From: an uncultured Gammaproteobacteria bacterium
GTDB lineage: Bacteria > Pseudomonadota > Gammaproteobacteria > Steroidobacterales > JABDMI01
Assembly (NCBI GenBank): GCA_905479875.1
Contig: CAJQOG010000123.1
Location: forward strand, 1 to 40,848
Direction of reading: 5' to 3'
Length of the DNA stretch: 40,848 nucleotides
In this document: positions 20,262-28,781 of the stretch, piece by piece
Numbering within the stretch: position 1 is the stretch's first letter
How the letters are laid out: each line of letters opens with the position of its first letter
The notes under the pieces: model-generated
What the model was told of the DNA's origin: nothing
Seen by the model: the letters and a program-made list of their open reading frames with translations, nothing else
Database searches by the model: none
Made by a program: the position numbers and the translations under genes

Positions 20262-22457
20262 CTATGTAGCAATAGTAATCTGATTTCGGCCATTTTCTTT
20301 AGCGATATACAGAGTTTCATCAGCTTCACGTAACAAGGATTTAACGTTCATTACACCTGGTTTGTATTGAGTTATGCCAATACTTAATGTAAAGCTACAT
20401 TCTTGATCGTCAATAATTAATGTTTCTATAGATGCAACTGTGATTTCTAAACTTTCTTTTACCTTATGAGGCAAGAAATTAGGAAACACAAATAAAAACT
20501 CATCACCACCCATGCGCCCAACATATGCACCTTGGGGTAAGTAACGTCTGCATTGCAATGCAAGATAAGATAAACAGGTGTCTCCCGCTTCATGTCCATA
20601 GGTATCATTTATAAGTTTGAAATGATCAATGTCAAGAAAAGCTATAGAAAGCGGTAGTGCTGAAATTAAGGCGGTATCCGTTTCAGTATTAAGCACATCT
20701 AAAATAGCGCCACGGTTCAGTACTTGAGTGAGATGATCAGTTTCGGCTCGCTTTGAGATGTCTTTGATTTTTTCAGCATTAACCAGTGTACGAATTAATT
20801 CAGTAGAGTATTTTTGTAAGGTATCCATTTCTAGAGAAGTAAATTGACGAGTCACTTCAATATTTAACACCATACAACTCCATTCGTGCCCGCGCATATT
20901 TACAGGCAAAATTAACATTTTAGAAAATCGAGAGAAAAACGGATGCTTATAAATAGTCAATTCATCAATGGTGCCAGCATGACATATTCGAGAAATTTCC
21001 AAAACATGATCATGCACATAACTGTCAAAACCAGTTTGGCTAACAGTTGAATTTGAGAGTACTTTTAGTTCAGACTCAATCTGAAAAATAATTGCTCCTT
21101 TATTTATATTGAATAAAGACTCAAGTCTTTCAAAAAACTTATAAATAATAATTTCATCATGCTCTGCCGTTGGGTTAGAACGCACATCTGAACCTAAAGT
21201 GGATAAAAATTTGGAAAAATCTTTATCTTTTTTAATTAAAGAACTAACACTATCACTATGATCTTGAGCGTCGTCTCTTTGTTGTCTAAGAGAGATAATT
21301 CTATCGGCTAATCCAAGTGAGAGTATTAAGGCTTGGAAAACTATCGCGATTTGAAAACCACTTACAGCAAACCTCCATTCAGGTAGGACCTCAATTATTG
21401 CAAAAATTCTAAGTGTTATAAAAATAAATAAAGGAATAAATGCTAAGTAAAAATATTTAGCAGGTCGATGGCCTTTTGTCCAAATATAAATTGCAGCAAG
21501 AATACAGAGTGGCATGCAAAATAAGGTAACAAAATTCAAAATTGAAAAACTAATATATGGCACAGGCTTGATAAATAAAGCAACTAGTACTAAAACAATA
21601 AGTAAAGCTGAGATCATTTGAGTAAAGCGATAAAACTTGGGAGTAAACTCTTTAAGTTTTAAAAACCCCTGAGCAAACAATATAAAAGAGAAACAGGTAA
21701 GCGCAAATAATGCTGTGGATGCGTTATAACTTCCAGCAATATAACGACCGCTCGAAAAGTTATATATTTTTCCAGTGGTCATTAAGATAAATAATAAAAA
21801 ACAAGCTAAGTAAAACACATAGCGTAAATAACTGTCATCCCCAATTGCCAAATAGAAAATAAAATTAATTAAAATAAGTATAAATAAACTGGCATAAACA
21901 GCACTATAAATAGAGTTGTACTTTCTATCGTTAATTAAATATTCATCATGTTCCCAGTATTTAATAAGAATAGAGCCACTATTTCTAGCGGATACATAAA
22001 ATAGAATAGTTTGACCCGTTTTATAATTGTTCGGTATTTCAAACACACGTGAACGGCGTGAAAATTTTGCTTGGGTGTTTATATCAAAACGCCCAGATGA
22101 AATTACTGGTGTTGTTCCAGCAACCTCTGGAATATACATATCAATCATGTCTAAGGAGGTAGGATTTATTGTAAATAAATCGCCAGGTTTAAACTCTCGG
22201 CCATTGGTTAATGTTGGCTTTATCCAATAGCTACTACTGAGATCAGGCTTAAAGTTTAAATGTTGTTTACCAAGACTTTGAAAGCGACTATCAATAGGGA
22301 TGGAAAGTTCTTGGTGTTTTCCGACATGCACTACTTTAATGGTTGGTATCAAAGGCTCTGCAAAGTTGCTTTGGCTAATTAATAGGCAAAAGAAAGCGAC
22401 CAACACCATGACTGCATAGCGTTTACTTATAGAATTTAAATCAATATATACGCCCAT
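20262..22457 (-). CDS. 7TM-DISM diguanylate cyclase with GAF-like region
   Basis: Signal peptide, DISMED2-like domain, 7 TM helices ending ALILSLGLADRI, then DHLTQVLNR, FLDIDHFKLINDTYGHEAGD, GRMGGDEF (GGDEF at 20496-20510), ADETLYIAKENGRN. Confidence 0.92.
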   Translation of the reverse strand: MGVYIDLNSISKRYAVMVLVAFFCLLISQSNFAEPLIPTIKVVHVGKHQELSIPIDSRFQSLGKQHLNFKPDLSSSYWIKPTLTNGREFKPGDLFTINPTSLDMIDMYIPEVAGTTPVISSGRFDINTQAKFSRRSRVFEIPNNYKTGQTILFYVSARNSGSILIKYWEHDEYLINDRKYNSIYSAVYASLFILILINFIFYLAIGDDSYLRYVFYLACFLLFILMTTGKIYNFSSGRYIAGSYNASTALFALTCFSFILFAQGFLKLKEFTPKFYRFTQMISALLIVLVLVALFIKPVPYISFSILNFVTLFCMPLCILAAIYIWTKGHRPAKYFYLAFIPLFIFITLRIFAIIEVLPEWRFAVSGFQIAIVFQALILSLGLADRIISLRQQRDDAQDHSDSVSSLIKKDKDFSKFLSTLGSDVRSNPTAEHDEIIIYKFFERLESLFNINKGAIIFQIESELKVLSNSTVSQTGFDSYVHDHVLEISRICHAGTIDELTIYKHPFFSRFSKMLILPVNMRGHEWSCMVLNIEVTRQFTSLEMDTLQKYSTELIRTLVNAEKIKDISKRAETDHLTQVLNRGAILDVLNTETDTALISALPLSIAFLDIDHFKLINDTYGHEAGDTCLSYLALQCRRYLPQGAYVGRMGGDEFLFVFPNFLPHKVKESLEITVASIETLIIDDQECSFTLSIGITQYKPGVMNVKSLLREADETLYIAKENGRNQITIAT

Positions 22458-22459
22458 CT

Positions 22460-22480
22460 ATTACTAATCCCTGTAGTAAT
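22460..22480 (-). promoter_or_regulatory. RBS-containing hairpin, CsrA/RsmA-site-like, upstream of the diguanylate cyclase
   Basis: mRNA AUUACUA-CAGGGAU-UAGUAAU-AG-AUG: perfect 7-bp stem with GGA in the loop. Confidence 0.5.
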
Positions 22481-22666
22481 TTTTAACTTTATTGTTTTAT
22501 TATTGAAACATTATAGAGGTTTCATTTTGTATTATTACTAGTTTGTAAACAAAAGTAAACTGAATTTGTGAGCTTTGTGTAGTCCTAGTTGTAGGAGTAA
22601 TATTAGATTTAAATGTTATAAATCAATTATTTATGTTGTATGATTTAACTTGAATCGTTTAATTGC

Positions 22667-23488
22667 TTAAACTAGGTTTAAGCTTACTAACTTTTCACGT
22701 ACATTTTGTAGCAGATTAGCGTCAATATCGGTGTTTTTAGCCCATTCGGTCAAAGTTAACCATTCAGATACTTCTTGCAACTGCAATGAATACTTTGCTG
22801 CAATGATTTTTTCAGCGATTGGAGAGTCCTTGAGTTCTTGAGCCGTTTTAAGCACGGCACTCACCATGCTTAAGATGCGATCCTGCGCCTGCGCATAGAG
22901 GTCTTTACGCACACAGACCACAAAGCATGGCCATGGTGTGCGTAGATTGGCAATTCGTCTAAATTCTCCGTTATCTACGTAGGGTTGTGTCATAAATTTT
23001 TCCCACAAAAACACAAAATTACCTCCCTGCTTAAAAAGCTTTCTAGCTCCAGCTAGATTATTGATGATTTTAAAACGATCTTCATTTAATGCCATCTTTT
23101 CTTGTTCAGCCAATAGATATGCCATTAAATGTGAGCCTGATCCAAGTCGACTAATAGCAAATTTTGCCTTATTAAGATCTTTTGACTGGTATAAGTCAGA
23201 ATTCTTGGGAACATTCACGCCCCAAATTAAAGGAGATTGGATATAAAGAGAGATAATTTCAAAATTCCCACCTTGTGCTTGGGCTTTGACAGCGCCCTCG
23301 GTCAGTAACATGGCCACATCTACTTCATTATTGTTCAAAGCCTTGACCATGCTTCCAGTTCCACTTGGGAAATCACTCCAAGTCGCATCAATGTTGTACT
23401 CTTTAAGCACGCCAGCATTTATGGTTAAATGCCACGGTAAATTAAAATGCTCAGGAACACCACCAATGCGTAATTTTAAGTTTTTCAT
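22667..23488 (-). CDS. Type 2 periplasmic-binding-fold protein (SsuA/THI5/Ca3427-like), no signal peptide
   Basis: IGGVPEHFNLPW, GTGSM, LTEG, ISRLGSGSHLM, FLWEKFMT, TPWPCF; start placed at MKNLK (23488). Confidence 0.8.
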   Translation of the reverse strand: MKNLKLRIGGVPEHFNLPWHLTINAGVLKEYNIDATWSDFPSGTGSMVKALNNNEVDVAMLLTEGAVKAQAQGGNFEIISLYIQSPLIWGVNVPKNSDLYQSKDLNKAKFAISRLGSGSHLMAYLLAEQEKMALNEDRFKIINNLAGARKLFKQGGNFVFLWEKFMTQPYVDNGEFRRIANLRTPWPCFVVCVRKDLYAQAQDRILSMVSAVLKTAQELKDSPIAEKIIAAKYSLQLQEVSEWLTLTEWAKNTDIDANLLQNVREKLVSLNLV

Positions 23489-23503
23489 AGTAAGATTATA
23501 ACA

Positions 23504-24094
23504 ATGCAAACTTCATTTTTTCAGCAAAGTGACAATCTACTTCCCTGTGATGGCGAGGTTTTATTATTTTCAAACTCATTGAGTGTAAATTTTGATGAGT
23601 TGAAAGAATCCATTTTATGGAAACACGAAGAAATTAAAATTTATGGGCGTTGGGTATTACAGCCTCGATTGACTGCTTGGTATGGTGATGAGGGAACGGA
23701 TTATGTCTATTCGGGTCTTAAAAATACTCCGAATACTTGGAATGAAATTTTACTTGGGCTTAAAGCTAAGCTTGAAACAATAACTGGTATAAGTTTTAAT
23801 TCTGTATTACTCAATTACTACCGAGATGGTCAAGATAGTATGGGTTGGCATCAAGACAATGAAAAAGAATTGGGAAATAACGCCACAATTGTGTCATTGA
23901 GCTTTGGAGAGAGTCGTGAATTTCAGTTGAGACATAGGTTTGATAAACAGATACCAAAAGTAAAGTGTATGTTAGAAAATGGTAGTTTATTAATTATGTC
24001 GGGAGCTACACAGCAATTTTGGCAACACCAAATTCCAAAAACAAAAAAGCAAATAGGTGAGCGAATAAATCTCACTTTTCGAAAAATTTTATAA
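23504..24094 (+). CDS. AlkB-family 2OG-Fe(II) dioxygenase (ALKBH2/3-like)
   Basis: QPRLTAWYG, FNSVLLNYYRDGQDSMGWHQD (HxD), WQHQIPK, RINLTFR. Confidence 0.93.
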   Translation: MQTSFFQQSDNLLPCDGEVLLFSNSLSVNFDELKESILWKHEEIKIYGRWVLQPRLTAWYGDEGTDYVYSGLKNTPNTWNEILLGLKAKLETITGISFNSVLLNYYRDGQDSMGWHQDNEKELGNNATIVSLSFGESREFQLRHRFDKQIPKVKCMLENGSLLIMSGATQQFWQHQIPKTKKQIGERINLTFRKIL

Positions 24095-24109
24095 TAATGG
24101 TAATTACTA

Positions 24110-24598
24110 ATGAAAAGTTTTTTAATAGTATTTGTATTGAGTTTGTTTATGTTGGCCTGTAAACCAGACACTAAGGCTCGAGAAGTTATGCATGATAAAA
24201 CAGATGTAACCAATAATGACCAAGATAGTATGCAAGAGAAGGAACATATTGCTGAGATTCGTTTAAGCGTACCAGATTCAACTTGGAGCTTAAAGATTGT
24301 GAATGTCACCCAAACAGCAGGTGAACTGGCTGTTGTTTGTCAGCTAATGCAATCAGACATGATGGGGCTGATGGTAATTTCCGAAGTGGTAGATGCAGTA
24401 AAATTTACTGCAAAGGATTTACCAATTAAATATTACATTAAAGGTAAAACTTGGAACTGGGAAAATCAAGAAGGCTACACGTTTATGGACGATGAAAGCA
24501 ATTTTCATATTCGAAATGGTGAGCCTATTGTATTTGAAAATATTGAACCTACGACAAAAGATGGCCCTAAAAAACAACCAGATAGTATGCCATTATAA
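24110..24598 (+). CDS. Hypothetical lipoprotein
   Basis: MKSFLIVFVLSLFMLAC lipobox; no domain recognised. Confidence 0.7.
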   Translation: MKSFLIVFVLSLFMLACKPDTKAREVMHDKTDVTNNDQDSMQEKEHIAEIRLSVPDSTWSLKIVNVTQTAGELAVVCQLMQSDMMGLMVISEVVDAVKFTAKDLPIKYYIKGKTWNWENQEGYTFMDDESNFHIRNGEPIVFENIEPTTKDGPKKQPDSMPL

Positions 24599-24617
24599 TA
24601 GTTTATTATCGATTCAT

Positions 24618-24684
24618 ATAATGAGCTGAATAAGTTTATTCTGTTCTATATTATTGAATAATATATATTTATTCAGCTCATTAT
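24618..24684. repeat. Nested inverted repeat between convergent genes
   Basis: ATAATGAGCTGAATAA (24618-24633) / TTATTCAGCTCATTAT (24669-24684), perfect 16 bp; inner TATATTATT-G-AATAATATA. Confidence 0.8.
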
Positions 24685-24767
24685 TAAGTATTTCTGTTCT
24701 AAAATATTATAAGATACCATTTAAAGAGGTCCACAACTGGCCAATACGTTGATCGACCCATGCTCTC

Positions 24768-26009
24768 TTAATCTTTTGGTAATGCCTTGTTAAGTAGTTT
24801 CTTTATTGTTGTGCCTTGCACTAAGATTGAGAATATCACCACGCAGTAAGTTATTGTCAAAATGGGATCTCTTACCACTTCGTCCTTAGGAATAGATAAA
24901 GCCAGAGCCACAGAAATGCCGCCACGTAGTCCACCCCAAGTCATTATTTTTATCGCATGTGGGGTAAAGGTTTTTTTACTCTTCATTAGCTGTACCGGTA
25001 AACCTACACTGATCCAACGAACAAACAATACAACTGGAATGGCGATTAGACCAGCGAGTAAGTACTCACCTTTGAGACTCAAAATTAAGATCTCGACACC
25101 AATGAGTAAGAATAAAACGGCATTTAAAATTTCATCAATCAATTCCCAAAAATCATCTAAGCGTTCTCGTGTTTTGTCACTCATAGCAAAACTACGGCCT
25201 TGGTTGCCAATAAATAAACCAGTAATAACGATAGCAATTGGTGCTGATAGGTGGAAGTGTTCAGCTAATGCATAACAGCCTGAAACCAAGCCCAATGTAA
25301 TTAAAGCCTCGACTTGATAGTTATCCACTTGCTTAAGCATCCAAAAACCAATGTATCCTGATACGAAACCAAAGATAGCTCCACCAATAGCTTCTTTGCC
25401 AAATAAACCTAATACATGTGATGGAGTTGCTTCGGTTTGTCCGGTAGCTAGCCCTAACAAAACTAGGAAAATAACAACACCAACGCCATCATTAAATAAT
25501 GATTCGCCAGCAATTTTAGTTTCTAAAGATTTTGGTGCGCCAACTAATTTTAAAATACCCATAACAGCAATAGGATCAGTTGGAGAAATTAAGGAGCCAA
25601 ATACCAGGCACCAGAGGAAATTTATTTCAATGCCTAGTGCTGCAAAAACAAAATACATAACGCAGCCTACTAAAAAAGTAGACATAAAAATTCCAATGGT
25701 TGCTAGCGTTGCAATGACCCATTTTTGTTCGCGTAAATCATTCAAATTTACGTGTAATGCTCCTGCAAAAAGTAAAAAGCTTAGCATTCCATGTAAAACG
25801 GTTTCATTAAAGTCAATTTGATGTACTAAGGTTTCGGCTGATGCCCTTACACCGCTAGAGAAATCTCCTAAAAGAATTATAAGCAATGAGAAAACCAAAC
25901 TTAACAGCATGATGCCAATGGTAGTTGGTAGTTTTAGAAATCTATAATTTAGAAAACTAAAAACTGCGGTTAGTGACAAGAGTGCAGCAAGTGTTTCAAA
26001 AAGACTCAT
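24768..26009 (-). CDS. CPA1 family Na+/H+ antiporter (NhaP-type)
   Basis: FGSLISPTDPIAV, IAGESLFNDGVGVV, WGGLRGGISVALAL. Confidence 0.93.
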   Translation of the reverse strand: MSLFETLAALLSLTAVFSFLNYRFLKLPTTIGIMLLSLVFSLLIILLGDFSSGVRASAETLVHQIDFNETVLHGMLSFLLFAGALHVNLNDLREQKWVIATLATIGIFMSTFLVGCVMYFVFAALGIEINFLWCLVFGSLISPTDPIAVMGILKLVGAPKSLETKIAGESLFNDGVGVVIFLVLLGLATGQTEATPSHVLGLFGKEAIGGAIFGFVSGYIGFWMLKQVDNYQVEALITLGLVSGCYALAEHFHLSAPIAIVITGLFIGNQGRSFAMSDKTRERLDDFWELIDEILNAVLFLLIGVEILILSLKGEYLLAGLIAIPVVLFVRWISVGLPVQLMKSKKTFTPHAIKIMTWGGLRGGISVALALSIPKDEVVRDPILTITYCVVIFSILVQGTTIKKLLNKALPKD

Positions 26010-26083
26010 AGTAAGTTTCTTATTGGTAGTGATTTAAGTGAGGGCTATTTTAACCTATTAGATGCGTATATTATTTTTTTACT

Positions 26084-26118
26084 AAAAAAACAAAAAAGCC
26101 AGCATAAAGCTGGCTTTT
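26084..26118 (-). terminator. Rho-independent terminator of the DUF4382-like gene
   Basis: AAAAGCCAGC-ATAAA-GCTGGCTTTT stem with a long A tract on + (U tract on -). Confidence 0.85.
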
Positions 26119-26142
26119 AAAAGTCTGTAGAGAAATGTAATA

Positions 26143-27063
26143 TTAAAAATCAGCAAGCGTTGTTGTATTGGCTGTAATTGATACATTTTGTTGATCAATG
26201 AATGTTAAATCACTAATCACTGGATCAGAAGTTGGGTTTGCATTATCAACTTCAGGATCATCAAGGTCAGCTGTGCATGTTAAAGCAACCGTGTAATCAA
26301 ACCCTGCTTGAACAAAGCCTATCTCGTATTCACCAGTAGTTGTATCAACATTTGCTGAAGTTACAGGTTCGGCATTTAAGCCATCAATATCATCCATTTG
26401 ATCAACATCATTTGGATCAAGGTCTGCGCCATCAAATAAATATACTGCAGGAACACCAGTACAAATATCAGCATCCGTCAATATGGTTTGGTTAACGGTA
26501 CCAGTAATGGTACCGACTTCTAAATTATCAATAACACGTAAAGTTGGGCGTAATTTATAGTCGGCGTTAGCATTACTTGGAAGATGTACAGATTTTCTTA
26601 GATCAAAATCAATAGTGAAATCAGTACGGCTGCCTGCTGCTATTGTAAATGGTCGATTTAGCTTTAATCCACTCTGTGCACCAGAAGGTACATACATAGA
26701 ATATTGCTCCATGCCATCGTCAAACTCAATATATGAATCAATGGTATTTTCTAGAGCATTGACTTTTAAGCGCATCCATTGATAGTTGCCCGCTTCCAGA
26801 CCAGACTCGGACATTAAGATTTCTGACTTGCTGCCTTGCAGGGCTAATAGATCAATAGTTTGTAATTCGTCAAAATCAAAGTCTACACGTCCACTAGGAC
26901 CTTGCAATTCAACACCTGAGAACTGCACAACAACTGCTGTTGCACCATCAACTGGGGCATCGGTGAGGGAAATTGACAAAGAACCAGTACTAGGATCATC
27001 GCTACCACAGGCAGTTAGGGCAAAGGCTAGTGCAGTTAGTAATGCATATTTTTTAATGTTCAT
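26143..27063 (-). CDS. DUF4382-like lipoprotein
   Basis: LTAC lipobox, LSISLTDAPVD, IDLLALQG, VPSGAQSGLKL, TIDFDLRKS, YKLRPTLR; Asp-rich C-terminal part. Confidence 0.8.
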   Translation of the reverse strand: MNIKKYALLTALAFALTACGSDDPSTGSLSISLTDAPVDGATAVVVQFSGVELQGPSGRVDFDFDELQTIDLLALQGSKSEILMSESGLEAGNYQWMRLKVNALENTIDSYIEFDDGMEQYSMYVPSGAQSGLKLNRPFTIAAGSRTDFTIDFDLRKSVHLPSNANADYKLRPTLRVIDNLEVGTITGTVNQTILTDADICTGVPAVYLFDGADLDPNDVDQMDDIDGLNAEPVTSANVDTTTGEYEIGFVQAGFDYTVALTCTADLDDPEVDNANPTSDPVISDLTFIDQQNVSITANTTTLADF

Positions 27064-27222
27064 GGATTGTGCTCCATTGATTTTATTATTTAACGAAGCC
27101 AGAATTATAAAGGTATTTACTTAATCTATGACGAATAATCGTGAAAGTGTTTCAAATTTGGAACATTACCGTTATAGACATGTACAATATTACGTACGGG
27201 TAACTGATGTAGATGTATAAGA

Positions 27223-28137
27223 TTAGCAGTGTATGAATCTTTTAATATTTTCAGAAATAATGTCTGGGCATTCATGTATGACGCAATGTCCAGCACCTGG
27301 AATTTTTATTATTTCTAAATTTGCAACATAATTGCTAAGTCCGTCAAGACATTCTGAACTAAGCGCCGTGTCATCCATTCCCCACATCACTAAAGTATCG
27401 CAGAGAATTTTATTTGCAATTGGAGCTTCCAGAACAGGTTTAACTGAGTCTGAGGACTCTGGATTAGGTTTAGTGAAGTTTGAAGCACGATATAAACTCA
27501 GAGTAGACTCTAATGCGCCCTCCTGAGCCCAAGCCGGTTTGTAGATATGCATTTCTTTGTCGCTAAATACATTCTTCTCAACCAGTTCATTAAATGCAAA
27601 GCGCCAGAGTAGATCAAAGTTGTTTTTTGATAGTTTTGCTGCGGCTGAATCATCTAAAAATTTTGTAATGTATTCGGAAGATTTTCTTTGACGTTGACTG
27701 TGTGTAAGTAATTCTTGGTGTATACGAGGATGCGGCGAATTAATGATAATTAATTTATTTAAAACTTCAGGATGCAAAGTAGCAAAGGTCCATGCCATTA
27801 GGCCCCCCCAGTCGTGGCCAACTAAAGTAAAACTTTCATAGCCTAAGTGTTTAACTAAAGCTAAAGCATCTTCTACTAGTTCTTGCAGAGTATAAAACTC
27901 TAAGCCTTGAGGTTTGTCACTTAGATTAAAACCACGTAAATCGGGAGCAACAACAAAAAATTCATAACTTAAAGCGTCTAATTGTTGATGCCAGGTATAC
28001 CAAAATTCTGGAAAGCCATGAACACATAAAAGTAAGGGCTTCTTATTATTATCATCCTTACCAGCATGAGCATAATGTATTTTAATATGTCCAAGTTTTT
28101 GGTTTGGTAGTTCTGCGTAATCGAATTTTGTTGTCAT
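27223..28137 (-). CDS. Alpha/beta hydrolase, epoxide-hydrolase-like
   Basis: HGFPEFWYTW, APDLRGFNLSDKP, GHDWGG (Asp nucleophile), GAGH. Confidence 0.9.
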   Translation of the reverse strand: MTTKFDYAELPNQKLGHIKIHYAHAGKDDNNKKPLLLCVHGFPEFWYTWHQQLDALSYEFFVVAPDLRGFNLSDKPQGLEFYTLQELVEDALALVKHLGYESFTLVGHDWGGLMAWTFATLHPEVLNKLIIINSPHPRIHQELLTHSQRQRKSSEYITKFLDDSAAAKLSKNNFDLLWRFAFNELVEKNVFSDKEMHIYKPAWAQEGALESTLSLYRASNFTKPNPESSDSVKPVLEAPIANKILCDTLVMWGMDDTALSSECLDGLSNYVANLEIIKIPGAGHCVIHECPDIISENIKRFIHC

Positions 28138-28159
28138 TGTTTATAATATCTGATTTTAT

Positions 28160-28777
28160 TTAAAGAGCGCCATTAGCTTGTAACAGAGTAAAAATTTCTT
28201 CAGCCATTTTCCTATAACCTTTAGCGTTTAAATGTATAGAGTCTGATTTTAAACTAGGTGATTTTAATAGTTTAGACATTAAGTCTTTTGCAAAAATTAC
28301 ATCATGTTCATTTGCAAGTTCGGCATAAATTGGAGCTGCGGATGAAAATAGATTTTTTTCAGGAACTCCAATAAGTAATATAGAAATATTCCTAGATTTT
28401 GCTTCTAGTAACATCAGAGAAAGATTATTTTTTGCCTCACTAAAACTTAAGTTTTGCAAAATATCATTTCCCCCTTCTAAGAGAATAATTAATTTTGGAT
28501 TATATTGATCCAATACCTCAGTAAAGCGTAATAAGCCTTCAGACGTGGTTTCACCTGAAATACCTGCATTAATTACGCTACGACCAGATAATTCAGCTAA
28601 AACACTTGGGTAACTGTTTTCAAGCGTTGTTCCATATCCCGCAGTTAAACTATCACCAAAGGCAAGGATTGTGTCAGATGTAGAAACGGCTTGTAATGGT
28701 TTTGCATTACAAGCCGTTAATAAAACAGTGATGATAAAAAGAAAAATAGCTAAGTAATAATTTTTATACATCTGCAT
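28160..28777 (-). CDS. GDSL/SGNH arylesterase-type lipoprotein
   Basis: FGDSLTAG, NAGISGETT, GGND and DSIH blocks. LTAC lipobox implies a start at 28777 or 28771, not 28864. Confidence 0.9.
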   Translation of the reverse strand: MQMYKNYYLAIFLFIITVLLTACNAKPLQAVSTSDTILAFGDSLTAGYGTTLENSYPSVLAELSGRSVINAGISGETTSEGLLRFTEVLDQYNPKLIILLEGGNDILQNLSFSEAKNNLSLMLLEAKSRNISILLIGVPEKNLFSSAAPIYAELANEHDVIFAKDLMSKLLKSPSLKSDSIHLNAKGYRKMAEEIFTLLQANGAL

Positions 28778-28781
28778 TTTT

